A stretch of 64,000 nt of DNA, from assembly GCA_963708075.1 (NCBI GenBank), contig OY970194.1:128001-192000 (forward strand), written 5' to 3'. The position numbers and the translations under genes are program-made. The notes under the pieces are model-generated. The model was not told the DNA's origin. It ran no database searches and worked only from the letters and a program-made list of their open reading frames with translations. This document shows, in pieces, positions 1-9,999 of this stretch; the first letter of the stretch is position 1; every line of letters begins with the position of its first letter. The DNA comes from Sedimentisphaerales bacterium. GTDB taxonomy: Bacteria > Planctomycetota > Phycisphaerae > Sedimentisphaerales > Anaerobacaceae.

Positions 1-1023
1 AGCCGCGGCGTTCGCGGGCCAGCCATCCGTGTAAACGTCGATCTGCATGGGCTCGACGTTGGCTGCATGGAGCAGGCATTGTTTGACGAACTCCGCGTCT
101 TTCTCCCAGCTATGGATACCTTCTCCATGGCTGGGCTTGCCGGCGAGGAAAGCAATCTTCTTGTTTGTAGTGACGCCGTCAGGCGTTTCTTTTGATGCCC
201 TTACGGGCACACTACCAACGGGTGTCAGACCCGCCGACCACGCAGTGGCGCGGCGAAAGAGTTCCGCCACGGGCGGATTGGCGATGGCCTGGGCGTCGTG
301 GCCGAGCACGCTGTGGAACACGCGGCCTTTGCCGTAGTTCAGGACAAAGCCCATCGGGTAGTCTTTGCCGTCCACCTTGGATTTTGCTGTAGCGATGATC
401 TCGATGGGCGTGTTGCCCGCCAGGCACGTGTACAGCTCATCCGTGGTCTCGAAGGGCTGCATCCCGCGCGTGATGGGATGGTCCACGCCGGTCCTGACGA
501 CCTGGAAGGAGCCGTAGGGGTCGTGCGGCCGCAGCTTCGGATCGTAGACCCGGCCGGCGAGCTTCTCGAATTCGGGCCAGCCTTGGAACGCCCCGCAGGC
601 AAAATGGACCAGGACCATGCCTCCGCCGTTGCTGACAAAGTGCGCGAGGTTCTGCCTCGCCTGCTCGCCGGGATCAGGGCTCTCCCAGTTCATGAAGTGC
701 AGCACGACGGCGCTGTAATCGTTGAGCTTCGGCGAGGCGAGAAACGCGGGGGTCTCCACCACATCGACCTTGAGCCTCGCATCCTTTCGCAATGCTTCGG
801 CCAGGACCGGCGCCGTCTCCTTCCATTTGTGTCCCGGGTAGTCGATCCCGGTGACAATCACCACCTTGCGGGTCTCGGCCTGACTCGCGGAGGCGCCCGC
901 ATCGGGTGCCATGCTTACGCTTGCGTAAGCATGCTCCGGCGCCGAGATCAAGCATGTCCACGCAAGCGTGGACATGGCACCCAGGAACCACGTCAGACAC
1001 GTGTGGGAACTCAGTCTCATCAT
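1..1023 (-). CDS. Exported ThuA-like (class I glutamine amidotransferase-like) domain protein, apparently with tandem ThuA domains; runs off the window start
   Basis: Not in the ORF track; translated by hand from ATG 1023: MMRLSSHTCLTWFLG...KVVIVTGIDYPGHKWKET...GGGMVLVHFACG...HPITRGMQPFETTDELY...GKGRVFHSVLGHD; a second domain starts KKIAFLAGKPSHGEGIH; no stop before position 1. Confidence 0.8.
   Translation of the reverse strand, partial: MMRLSSHTCLTWFLGAMSTLAWTCLISAPEHAYASVSMAPDAGASASQAETRKVVIVTGIDYPGHKWKETAPVLAEALRKDARLKVDVVETPAFLASPKLNDYSAVVLHFMNWESPDPGEQARQNLAHFVSNGGGMVLVHFACGAFQGWPEFEKLAGRVYDPKLRPHDPYGSFQVVRTGVDHPITRGMQPFETTDELYTCLAGNTPIEIIATAKSKVDGKDYPMGFVLNYGKGRVFHSVLGHDAQAIANPPVAELFRRATAWSAGLTPVGSVPVRASKETPDGVTTNKKIAFLAGKPSHGEGIHSWEKDAEFVKQCLLHAANVEPMQIDVYTDGWPANAAA
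163..219. repeat. GTAG-type REP doublet inside the ThuA CDS (inter-domain linker)
   Basis: GTTTGTAGTG-ACGCC-GTCA-GGCGT faces an inverted copy whose reverse complement is GTTGGTAGTG-TGCCC-GTAA-GGGCA. Confidence 0.75.
904..982. repeat. GGGTGCCA-type REP doublet inside the ThuA CDS N-terminus
   Basis: 904-935 GGGTGCCATGCTTACGCTTGCGTAAGCATGCT; 951-982 reverse complement GGGTGCCATGTCCACGCTTGCGTGGACATGCT; each is a hairpin, with compensatory stem changes between the copies. Confidence 0.85.
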
Positions 1024-1044
1024 GCTTTCCCCTTAGATTTTGGA

Positions 1045-2250
1045 CTACGCGTTCAAAGCCTTGTCCAAGTCGCGAATCAGATCGTCCGTGTCCTCCAGGC
1101 CCACTGCCAGCCGGAAGAGCGTATCCGTGATCCCCAGCGCGTAGCGTGCCTTGCGGGTATAGTCGTAGTAGCTCACCAAAGCCGGGTGCGTGATCAGGGT
1201 CTCCACGCCGCCCAGGCTCGGGCCGATATAGCACAACTCCAGGGCGTCGAGGAATCGCTTGGCCGTGGCGAGATTGCCCTTGATGTCGAATGAAACGACG
1301 CCGCCGCCCCCGGCCATCTGCGTCTTGGCGATCTCATAGTGAGGATGGCTCTTGAGGTACGGATAGTAAACCCTCTTGATGCGCGGATGGGCTTCGAGGA
1401 ATTCGGCAATCCTGAGCGTGGACTCGTTCTGTTTCTGCACCCTCAGCGGGAAGGTCTTGAGGCCCCGCAGGAGCAGGTAGCAGCAGTGGGGGTCAATCGT
1501 CCCGCCCATGGACTTGTGCAGGTTGCGGATCTTGTCGATCAGTCCCGTTTCCCCGAGCACGGCCCCCGCGAGAATGTCGTTGTGCCCGGCGAGGTACTTC
1601 GTGGCACTTTGCAGGACCAGGTCCATGCCGAACTCGATCGGCCGCTGGTTGAGAGGCGTGCTGAACGTGCTGTCGATCAGCGTCAAGACGCCGTGTTTCT
1701 GCGCGATCTTCTTGATCTTGACGAGGTCAAAGACGTTCAGGTAGGGATTGGTTGGTGACTCCGAGAAGATGAATCGCGTGTTCTTCTTGATGGCCTTTTC
1801 GAGCATCTCGTACTTGCCGAACGGCACGATGGTGCAATCGATGGCGAACTGCTTCAGGTACGACCGGCAGAACTCCAGGGTCTTCTTGTAGCTGTCATCC
1901 GTAATCACGATGTGGTCCCCCGACTGCACCAGGGCCAGGATCGTGGTCGTGATCGCGCTCATGCCGGAGGAAAAGACGACGCAATCCTCCGCTCCTTCGA
2001 GATCGGCCAGCCGCTGCTCGGCGATTGTGGCCGTAGGATTGCCGTATCGGCCGTACTCGTAGTGCGCCATGCCTTTCTTGGTATAGTCCTCAATCGCCTT
2101 GCTGCTGCAAAACGTGAAGGTCGAGGTCTGAACGATGGGTGTAGTCAAGGAATCCGCATACTTACCTCGCGGCTCACCGGCGTGAATCGCTCGGGTGGAC
2201 AGGGACATGCGCCTGCCGGCCGGTCCCTTCTTCCCCTGTTTCTTTGCCAT
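1045..2250 (-). CDS. PLP-dependent trans-sulfuration enzyme (cystathionine gamma-synthase/lyase family)
   Basis: YGRYGNPT, FSSGMSAI, ESPTNP, DSTF, SATKYLAGHND (PLP lysine), SLGGVETL; RBS AAGGAG before ATG 2250. Confidence 0.9.
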   Translation of the reverse strand: MAKKQGKKGPAGRRMSLSTRAIHAGEPRGKYADSLTTPIVQTSTFTFCSSKAIEDYTKKGMAHYEYGRYGNPTATIAEQRLADLEGAEDCVVFSSGMSAITTTILALVQSGDHIVITDDSYKKTLEFCRSYLKQFAIDCTIVPFGKYEMLEKAIKKNTRFIFSESPTNPYLNVFDLVKIKKIAQKHGVLTLIDSTFSTPLNQRPIEFGMDLVLQSATKYLAGHNDILAGAVLGETGLIDKIRNLHKSMGGTIDPHCCYLLLRGLKTFPLRVQKQNESTLRIAEFLEAHPRIKRVYYPYLKSHPHYEIAKTQMAGGGGVVSFDIKGNLATAKRFLDALELCYIGPSLGGVETLITHPALVSYYDYTRKARYALGITDTLFRLAVGLEDTDDLIRDLDKALNA

Positions 2251-2397
2251 TTGGGCTCCTTTCTCGTGGCACGTGGCTGGCACAGGTTTCGCTTGCCTTG
2301 CCTCCATGAAGATGTACCCGAGAACCCCGGTCCCCGCAAGCACTTTCCGCGTGCCTTGGCCTAGGACTGCCTACGACGGTTTCAGAGTATTAGGAAT

Positions 2398-2492
2398 GGG
2401 TGGCAGCGGCAAGCGAGCAGCTCGCCGATGGCCCTCGCATGCCGCGGAACACCATCGGCAAGCTCCGCAGACTCCGCTTGCCGCTGCCACCC
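2398..2492. repeat. GGGTGGCA-type REP doublet (intergenic)
   Basis: Perfect 18-bp terminal IR GGGTGGCAGCGGCAAGCG / CGCTTGCCGCTGCCACCC plus inner IR AGCTCGCCGATGG / CCATCGGCAAGCT. Confidence 0.85.
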
Positions 2493-2753
2493 GGCGGACG
2501 TGCCTTTAGATCGACTGGTCGGGGGGGGCTTGGCAATAAGGCCGCGACGTACAGCGTCTTTACCTGCGATTTGGCGGAATGGCACAATCGCTTGAACTTG
2601 ATAAGGACGGCGGATATGATGTGGAGGCGGCCTGACGACCGGGCTTGTACGAGCCGGTTGGAAGGCGGCGACAAGGTGCCTCATACGATGTGGGGCATGG
2701 TGTTCCGAAGGGAAAGGGCTCGATTCGACGAGGACACGTCCAAAGGAGGTATT

Positions 2754-4069
2754 ATGGCACGTTCAGAGGCAGGCAAGGGCGAGGGGACGACGCGACGTGA
2801 TTTCCTGAAGGTCTCCACGGGTGTGGCATCCGTGGCCGCGCTGGGGCGCTGGGCCTTCAGTCCAGGATCTATGCCGCCGGCAGCGACGTGATCCGCGTGG
2901 GTATGATTGGCTGCGGCGGGCGCAACGCCGGTGCTGCCAACCAGGCGCTCACCGCCGATAAAGGCGCCCGGCTCGTGGCGATGTGCGACATCTTCATGGA
3001 CCGGGTCAAGGAAAAGCGAGCCGCTCTGAAAGTGGAGAAGGGCGACCAGGTCGTCGCGGATGACGACCATTGTTTTGCCGGCTTCGATGGCTACAAGCAC
3101 GTGATCGAGGCCTCGGACGTGGTTGTCATTGCCAATGCCGCAAAGTTCCATCCCTTCCACGCCTTGTCCGCCATCCAGGCGGGCAAGCACGTGTTCGTGG
3201 AGAAACCTCACGGGACCGACCCGCTGGGGATGAAGACCATGCAAAAGGCCGCCGACCTGGCCAGGCAGAAGGGCTTGTGTCTTGTCTCCGGCCTGCACAG
3301 CCGCTATCACACGGGCTATGCCGAAACCGTGCAGCGCATCCACGACGGCGCGATCGGTGAGGTGGTGTCGATTGAAGAGAATTTCCTCCGGGCACCGTAT
3401 GTGATCATCGACCGTAAGCCCGGGCTGTCGGAGATCCAGTGGCAGTGCAGCACCCAGTACCACTTCCGCTGGCTCTCCGGCGACGACGTTGTGCAGTCGC
3501 TCGTACACAACCTTGACCGGGCCAGTTGGGTGATGCACAACCAGGTCCCCGTAAAGTGTCACGGTCTGGGCGGCCGGTCTTCCATGACCGAGCCCATCTA
3601 CGGCGATGTCTTCGACCATCACTCCGTGATCTACGAATTCGCCAATGGCGTGCGCATCTACGCCTTCTGCCGGACGACGACCGGCTGCTATGATGAGTAT
3701 TCCAGCATCGTGTTCGGCAGCAAGGGCAAGGCCGACATCATGGGCTGCCGGATCACGGGCGAGACGAACTGGCGTTGGACCGGCCAGTGCGACCCGTACC
3801 AGAGGGAGCACGATGTGCTCTTCGCCGCGATCCGCTCGGGCAAACCCGTCAACAACGGCGACTACATGGTCCCCAGTACGATGGCCGGAGTCATGGGGCA
3901 GATCTCCTGCTACACGGGCAAAGAGGTCACCCTGGAGCAGATCAAGAAGTCCGACTATTACTATCCGCCGAAGCCGGAGGAATGCCACGACAATATGGAG
4001 CCGCCGTCCAAGGCCGAGGCCGGCGGCAGCTACCCTGTGCCTGTACCGGGCCGTACGCAGATGGTGTAG
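2754..4069 (+). CDS. Tat-exported Gfo/Idh/MocA family oxidoreductase (frameshift near 2865, probably a sequencing error)
   Basis: RBS AAGGAGG, MARSE...TRRDFLK Tat motif; the frame changes at CCAGGATC into IYAAGSDVIRVGMIGCGGR; HVFVEKP; VHNLD. Confidence 0.85.
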
Positions 4070-4118
4070 GGTGTGCACTGCACACCAACAAATGAGCGGT
4101 GTGCGATGCACACCCTAC
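4066..4118. repeat. GTAG-type REP doublet overlapping the oxidoreductase stop codon
   Basis: GTAGGGTGTGCACTGCACACC ... GGTGTGCGATGCACACCCTAC; TAG 4067-4069 is the gene's stop codon. Confidence 0.85.
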
Positions 4119-4143
4119 AAGTTCATATCGAGGAGACAAGAAA

Positions 4144-5113
4144 GTGAATAGAGGCATACGATTGATGTGTGTCGTCGCAGCAGCCACGATCGTGAGCATC
4201 GCGGCGGCGCAGGACAAGCTCTCAAAGAAATACGTCGAGACCATCACGGCCAAAGACGGCACGAAGTATACCATCGACATGGCGCTCGTCCCCGGCGGCG
4301 AGTTCACGATGGGCAGTCCCGGCGGCGAGGCCGATCGTGGGGACAATGAAGGCCCGCAATGCAAGGTGCGGCTCGATCCGTATTACCTGTGCACGACAGA
4401 GACGACGCTTGAGCTGTTCATGGTGTATTACCATGAGAACCGGCACAGCCAAGAAGGAGTTCGTCGAGGTGCAGGAAGCCCAGAAGGATGAGGAACCCGC
4501 CAAAGACGGCGTCAACGCGATCACCGGTCCAACGCCTGTCTATGGCGACATGAGCATGGGCTACAGCAAGAAGCATCCCGCCATCGGGATGACCTGGCAC
4601 AACGCCACAACGTTCTGCAAGTGGCTCTCGCAAAAGACAGGCAGGAAGTACCGCCTGCCGACGGAGGCCGAATGGGAGTTCGCCTCGCGGGCGGGCACGA
4701 CCAGTGCTTTTGGCGTTTGCGACAGCGCGGACAGCCTGAAGGACTTTGCCTGGTACGCCGACACGGCGAATGTAGAGCCTCATGCTGTCGCCTCTAAGAA
4801 GCCCAACGCACTGGGGCTGTACGACATGCAGGGCAATGTCCGTGAATGGGTCCAGGATTTCTACAGTCCTGCTGCATACGCGGAGCTTGCCAAGGAGAAT
4901 CCGACGGGTCCAAAGGATGGCAAAGTGCACGTGGCTCGCGGCGGGTTCTACGACAGCCCCGCGCCGGAGCTGCGCTGTGCGGCCAGGGGCTTTGAGGAGG
5001 ACTGGTGGCGGATGAACGACCCGCAAATCCCCAAGAGCAAATGGTGGCTGCCCCAGATCGATTCCGTCGGCTTCCGCGTCGCCTGCTCGCCGGACAAAGA
5101 CGAGAAGAAGTAA
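4144..5113 (+). CDS. Exported SUMF1/FGE-sulfatase domain protein (frameshift near 4438)
   Basis: Signal peptide, MALVPGGEFTMGS in frame 1; RLPTEAEWEFA, KPNALGLYDMQGNVREW, RGGF, VGFRV in frame 2. Confidence 0.85.
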
Positions 5114-5162
5114 TACGCGCGACAATCGAAAATGGAGTTGCCGGACATTGAGGGAGGTGAAT

Positions 5163-6134
5163 ATGTCTGCTGCTCGTATGAAAAGGACGTTCAATTCCGC
5201 TGCCTGCGTCATATTTCTATGCGGGGTTGCCTTCGGCGCAGAGACGTCGTCCAAACTCACGTTTGTAGCAGACGGAAAGGGCGGGTACACGTTCGACACC
5301 GGCGTGCTCCGTGGGACGTTGTGCCCGAACGGCAAGCTGCAGGGCCTTACCTCTGTCACGCACATTCCCTCCGGCACCAGGTTGGACCGGAGCATGGGCA
5401 TCCTGAGCTACTACCGCGTCTTCACGACAGGGAAGCGGTACGGCGCGGGGGCCTGGGAGTGGCCCGCCACAGCCAAGCTTCTATCCGATACAACGGTCCA
5501 GGTCACCTCGCCTGCGACGGCGGATCGGCCCTTCGACATGACAGCCGTTTATCAATGGAAAGACCCGCAAACGCTCGACCTGGAGACGACCGTCACGGCC
5601 CATGAGGACCTGAGCAAGTTCGAGTCTTTTCTCGCGTCGTATTTCGACGCAGCATTTCCATCACCTTTTGTTTTTGTCAACGAGAATCCCGATCTGGGTG
5701 GCAGGCCCGGCTTCCTGCCGGCAAAGAAGTCCTTCGGCGACTGGCAGATGTTCCCTCGGGATACGCAGGTCGTATCGATCATTCAGGATGGGCGGTGGAA
5801 GCTTGAGCCGAACCCGGTAAATTGGACGATCATGCCGCGGCTGAACTCGCCTCTCTGCTTGCGACGCGGCGCTGCCAATGGCCTTGTGGTCGTCGTGATG
5901 GCTCCGCCCGAGGACTGTTTCGCCGTGGCCACGCCTTGTGAGAGCGAAGCCCATTATTCCCTCTATCTGTCTCGCTTCGGCCGTGACATCAAGGCTGGCG
6001 AGATCGCCAAAGCCCGCGTACGATTCGTGGTTGCCTCCGCAGCCTCCGACGAGCAGATCACAGGCCTTTATCGGCAGTACATCAGCGAGCTTTCCCGCCA
6101 GACTCATCCGACCGGCGCGAGCAACAATCGCTGA
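5163..6134 (+). CDS. Exported hypothetical protein
   Basis: RBS GGAGG, signal-peptide-like N-terminus (…CVIFLCGVAFGA), beta-rich body; no family recognised. Confidence 0.7.
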   Translation: MSAARMKRTFNSAACVIFLCGVAFGAETSSKLTFVADGKGGYTFDTGVLRGTLCPNGKLQGLTSVTHIPSGTRLDRSMGILSYYRVFTTGKRYGAGAWEWPATAKLLSDTTVQVTSPATADRPFDMTAVYQWKDPQTLDLETTVTAHEDLSKFESFLASYFDAAFPSPFVFVNENPDLGGRPGFLPAKKSFGDWQMFPRDTQVVSIIQDGRWKLEPNPVNWTIMPRLNSPLCLRRGAANGLVVVVMAPPEDCFAVATPCESEAHYSLYLSRFGRDIKAGEIAKARVRFVVASAASDEQITGLYRQYISELSRQTHPTGASNNR

Positions 6135-6139
6135 GGGAG

Positions 6140-8080
6140 CTACGGCTCGACCGACAGAATCATATCGAACCATTGGCCGTAGCGTTTGCCGTCGAGTGTC
6201 ACATCGAAGGCGACGATGTAGACGCCGGGTTTCAGGCCGGGCGCTGCCCTCAGCCGCAATTGGAAATTCCCGGTGGATTGCGGTTCTACCGATCCTTCAG
6301 ACACGGCGGGCTGAACGTCGATGCTCTGTGCGGCACATGCTTGAATGCGGTGCGATTGTGGCTGCCGCAGGAAGTTGCGGACGTGCAATGTCACCTCAGC
6401 CTGTTGCCCGGCTCGAAGGGACACGCGATAGGGCTCCGCTCGGACCCAGTAGGGGTCGAACATGTAGCGGTAGTCCGTCTCTGCACTTAGACCCCGGTAA
6501 ACGTCACGGATCTCGCTCGCCCAGGCGGCAAATCGGTCGATCATCTCCCCAGGCCGGTCCATCACGTACGAATGCCCGGCGACGATCAGGTCGGGTCGCA
6601 GCTTCTGCAAATACTGGGCCCCGTAGATGTAGCCCTCCTCGAAGATGGCGCTGTTGCGGGCCACGACGGCCTCGTGGCCGTTCTGAGCGGGATCGGTGGA
6701 ACTGCCGAAAAGATTGTCCCCCGTGAACGCGACGTGCTTGCCGTCGATCATTCCATGAATGCAGCAGCCGAACTCCGTCTGGCCCGGCATCCAGTCGATG
6801 GTGAACGTATACCCTTGCCACTCGAGCTGTTCGCCGCGCTCGAACGCGCGATCGATGTGCAGCGTGTCGAATCCCGCCTGATACGCGGGAATCATCGCGG
6901 CGTAGTCATATCGTTCGGGATGTTCGCACTTGTCGGCGACATCCTTCAGCGTCCCGACTTGGGTGCCCCATTTGTCCCGCAGGTAGGGGACATCGAGGAA
7001 GTGGTCGCCGTGCATGTGAGTAATCAGGACGGCATCGACCTTCATTAAGCCGAGCTGCTCCTGCATGGACTTCAGGGACTGCTCCAGAAGGTCTGAGCCG
7101 ATCAGGCCGCAGTCGAAAACGAGGGCATGACCACTGTCCGCGATGAGAATGCCAAAGTTCGGCCAGAAATCCCTCTTCTTGAACTTGTACAAATGCTTCG
7201 TGATCTGCCAGATGTGTGGGATGGACGTGGGTTTTGAGACGGTATCCTGATCGGCGGCGCCGAACGTGTTGATCGCATAGCCCCGCACGTACAATTCGGC
7301 CAGTCTGCGGAGCTTCCGCTGGTATTCCGGCAACTGCGTCTCGGGTGAGGTGATGACATCGCCGTGCGAGGGCAGCAGACGAGCGGGCCGGAAGCTCTGG
7401 AGCATGCTGACCGAGCTGATCAGCTCGTACAGTCCTTTGGCAAAGCCGTAGTCCCATTCCGTGTCAAACCACGTGTGCATCCGGGCGCCGTCGAGCATGA
7501 CATCGCCGCTAAAGGCGATCCAGTGATCGCCGGCCTTCATCAGGTACGACATGCCGCCCGGACTGTTGCCCCGCGTGTCCACGCAGCGAAATTGCCGGCC
7601 CTTCCAAGTGAAAACGTCCCCATCCTTGAACGTGCGGTCCAGATGGATGGGCGCGATTGGCGGCCGCACGTAGCTCACGCCGTGCACGGTGTACGCATCG
7701 CCGAGAGTGGGCTTGATCCTGCGGAATTTCGTCGGCTCTTCGAAGAGGGCACGCTCCGCATCCGGCGCGGCGATCTGCGGCTTCCATTTTTGCAGCTTCG
7801 TAAAGCCTTGGCACTGCTCCCGATGGTGGTGTGTGAACAGCACCCACTCCACTCGCTTGACGCCGATTTCGGCAAGATGATCCAGCACGCTACCGTCACC
7901 GAGATCGATCAGCAGGGCGGCATCGCCATCTTTGAGCACATAGACATTGCAGGTGTCGGTCCAGATGAACAGGTTCGGCTCGGAATCTATGGAAACCGGT
8001 CTGACCTGTGCTGCAGCCGTGACCATGGAGAACAGGCCGAGTACGCCGGCAGTTGCCAATGACCTTCTTTGATGGAGCAT
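6140..8080 (-). CDS. Exported metallo-beta-lactamase-fold protein with two MBL domains and a C-terminal Ig-like domain
   Basis: LLIDLG, THHHREQ, LPSHG in domain 1; VFDCG, THMHGDH, FTGD, VAGH in domain 2. Confidence 0.8.
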   Translation of the reverse strand: MLHQRRSLATAGVLGLFSMVTAAAQVRPVSIDSEPNLFIWTDTCNVYVLKDGDAALLIDLGDGSVLDHLAEIGVKRVEWVLFTHHHREQCQGFTKLQKWKPQIAAPDAERALFEEPTKFRRIKPTLGDAYTVHGVSYVRPPIAPIHLDRTFKDGDVFTWKGRQFRCVDTRGNSPGGMSYLMKAGDHWIAFSGDVMLDGARMHTWFDTEWDYGFAKGLYELISSVSMLQSFRPARLLPSHGDVITSPETQLPEYQRKLRRLAELYVRGYAINTFGAADQDTVSKPTSIPHIWQITKHLYKFKKRDFWPNFGILIADSGHALVFDCGLIGSDLLEQSLKSMQEQLGLMKVDAVLITHMHGDHFLDVPYLRDKWGTQVGTLKDVADKCEHPERYDYAAMIPAYQAGFDTLHIDRAFERGEQLEWQGYTFTIDWMPGQTEFGCCIHGMIDGKHVAFTGDNLFGSSTDPAQNGHEAVVARNSAIFEEGYIYGAQYLQKLRPDLIVAGHSYVMDRPGEMIDRFAAWASEIRDVYRGLSAETDYRYMFDPYWVRAEPYRVSLRAGQQAEVTLHVRNFLRQPQSHRIQACAAQSIDVQPAVSEGSVEPQSTGNFQLRLRAAPGLKPGVYIVAFDVTLDGKRYGQWFDMILSVEP

Positions 8081-8297
8081 ATCACTGAATTATAAGGCGG
8101 CCTCTGCGGCGTCACAACCGAATCGTGAAATAGGCACGTCCCTCGCCCCGTCCTACTGGGAGAAATTGCTTGTATCCGGCGGCATCGGGGCGATAATGAA
8201 ACCGCTGAGGGCGGGTGATTACCGCTCCCGGGAGCAGATGGTGATTGGCAGCACGTACGGCATCGAGAACGCACTTGACAGTAGGAGAGAATCCGCA

Positions 8298-9674
8298 ATG
8301 AGTGAGTCCATGCAGAAAAGCACGTCGCGTCGCGATTTCCTGAAGAATACGGGCCGGCTGGCCGCCGTCTCGGCTCTGGCTGCCGGGATGGTCCCTCGCA
8401 TGTACGCGGCCGAGAACAACACGATCAAGGTGGTCCTGATCGGTTGCGGCGGGCGGGGTACGGGGGCTGCCGACAATGCCTTGTCCGTCAAGAATGGCCC
8501 GATCAAGCTCGTCGCCCTGGCAGACGTCTTCGAGGACCGTGTCAAACGCAGCTATGAGAACCTCAAGAATCAGCATGGCGACAAGGTCGATGTGCCCGAG
8601 GACCGCAAGTTCATCGGCTTCGATGGCTACAAGAAGGCGATGGACTGCCTGAGCCCGGGCGATGTGGCGATCTGTGCGACGCCGCCGGCGTTCCGCTGGG
8701 TGCACTTCTCCTACGCCATCCAGAAGGGCCTCAACATGTTCATGGAAAAGCCCGTGACGGTGGACGGTCCCACGACTCGCAGGATGCTCCAACTGGCAGA
8801 GGAGGCCGATAAGAAGAACCTCAAGGTCGGCGTCGGCCTGATGGTTCGCCACTGCCGCGGCCGCCAGGAGCTTCTCGAACGCATCAAGGGCGGCGAGATC
8901 GGCGAGATCATTCTGCTTCGCGGCTATCGCATGAGCGGCCGGTCCGCCACGGCGACCCGCAAGCCGAACAACTTGAGCGAGCTGATGTGGCAGATCCGCA
9001 GTTTCCATAGCTGGATCTGGGCCAGCGGCGGCGTCTTCAGCGACTACTACATTCACCAGATCGACGAGTGCTCTTGGATGAAAGGCGCCTGGCCGGTCGA
9101 AGCCCATGCCATCGGCGGCCGCCACTATCGCGAGGACTATGTCGATCAGAACTTCGACCTGTATGACGTCGAATACACTTTCCCGGACGGTACGAAGCTC
9201 TTCTACCAGGGCCGCAATATGCAAGGCTGCCAGAATGCCTTCTGCAGCTATGCCCACGGCACGAAAGGGTCGGCCGTCATCTCTACCTCCGGCCATACGC
9301 CGGGCAAGGTCCGCACCTACAACTGCCACCTGATGGAAGGGGCGGAGCCCATCTGGAGATACCCCCAGCCGGAAGAGAGCCCGTATCAGCTCGAGTGGGA
9401 TGACCTCATCGACGCGATTCGCAACAATAAGCCATATAATGAGGTGAAACGCGGCGCCGAGGCGAGCCTGGTCACGTCGATGGGCCGCATGGCCGCCCAT
9501 ACCGGCCAGGTCATCAAGTACGAGCAGATCCTCAACTGCCCGCATGAATTCGCGCCGGACGCGGACAAGCTGACGATGGATTCCGCCTCACCCCTGCGGG
9601 GCGACGCCAATGGCAAGTACCCCCTCCCGCAGCCCGGCATCCTCAAGGATCGTGAGTACAAGGAGTTCGTGTGA
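8298..9674 (+). CDS. Tat-exported Gfo/Idh/MocA family oxidoreductase
   Basis: RBS AGGAG; SRRDFLK; LIGCGGRG; FMEKP; IHQID. Confidence 0.9.
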   Translation: MSESMQKSTSRRDFLKNTGRLAAVSALAAGMVPRMYAAENNTIKVVLIGCGGRGTGAADNALSVKNGPIKLVALADVFEDRVKRSYENLKNQHGDKVDVPEDRKFIGFDGYKKAMDCLSPGDVAICATPPAFRWVHFSYAIQKGLNMFMEKPVTVDGPTTRRMLQLAEEADKKNLKVGVGLMVRHCRGRQELLERIKGGEIGEIILLRGYRMSGRSATATRKPNNLSELMWQIRSFHSWIWASGGVFSDYYIHQIDECSWMKGAWPVEAHAIGGRHYREDYVDQNFDLYDVEYTFPDGTKLFYQGRNMQGCQNAFCSYAHGTKGSAVISTSGHTPGKVRTYNCHLMEGAEPIWRYPQPEESPYQLEWDDLIDAIRNNKPYNEVKRGAEASLVTSMGRMAAHTGQVIKYEQILNCPHEFAPDADKLTMDSASPLRGDANGKYPLPQPGILKDREYKEFV

Positions 9675-9732
9675 GACGAAGCTGACGCGTGATCGGTATT
9701 CAGTCCACTGTTCCCAGATAGAATCTTTGTAC

Positions 9733-9821
9733 GGGTGGCAGCGTCAAGGCCGCAGGCCTTGGCGATGGTTGTCTGGAATCCGAGGAAGGCCATCGCCAAG
9801 CTGCGCTTGACGCTGCCACCC
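9733..9821. repeat. GGGTGGCA-type REP doublet, second copy
   Basis: GGGTGGCAGCGTCAAG…CTTGGCGATGG and CCATCGCCAAG…CTTGACGCTGCCACCC; flanked by TTGTAC on both sides. Confidence 0.85.
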
Positions 9822-9999
9822 TTGTACGTTGCACCGATCCTGTCATTGTTGTTCCTCCTTGACATTCCCCCGTGACCGCCATAGATTGCCGCGAGATGAT
9901 TGGGAGCAGCGGTACGCAGAAGCGTCTGCGCGACGACTCCGAGACAGATAGATATCGAGCCGATTCAGTCGGCTTTGGGATAGTGGACAAGAATCTCTT

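Noticed and set aside
2250..2400. SAM riboswitch upstream of the trans-sulfuration gene
   Set aside because: I could not find SAM-I/II core motifs; the only clear structure nearby is the REP doublet.
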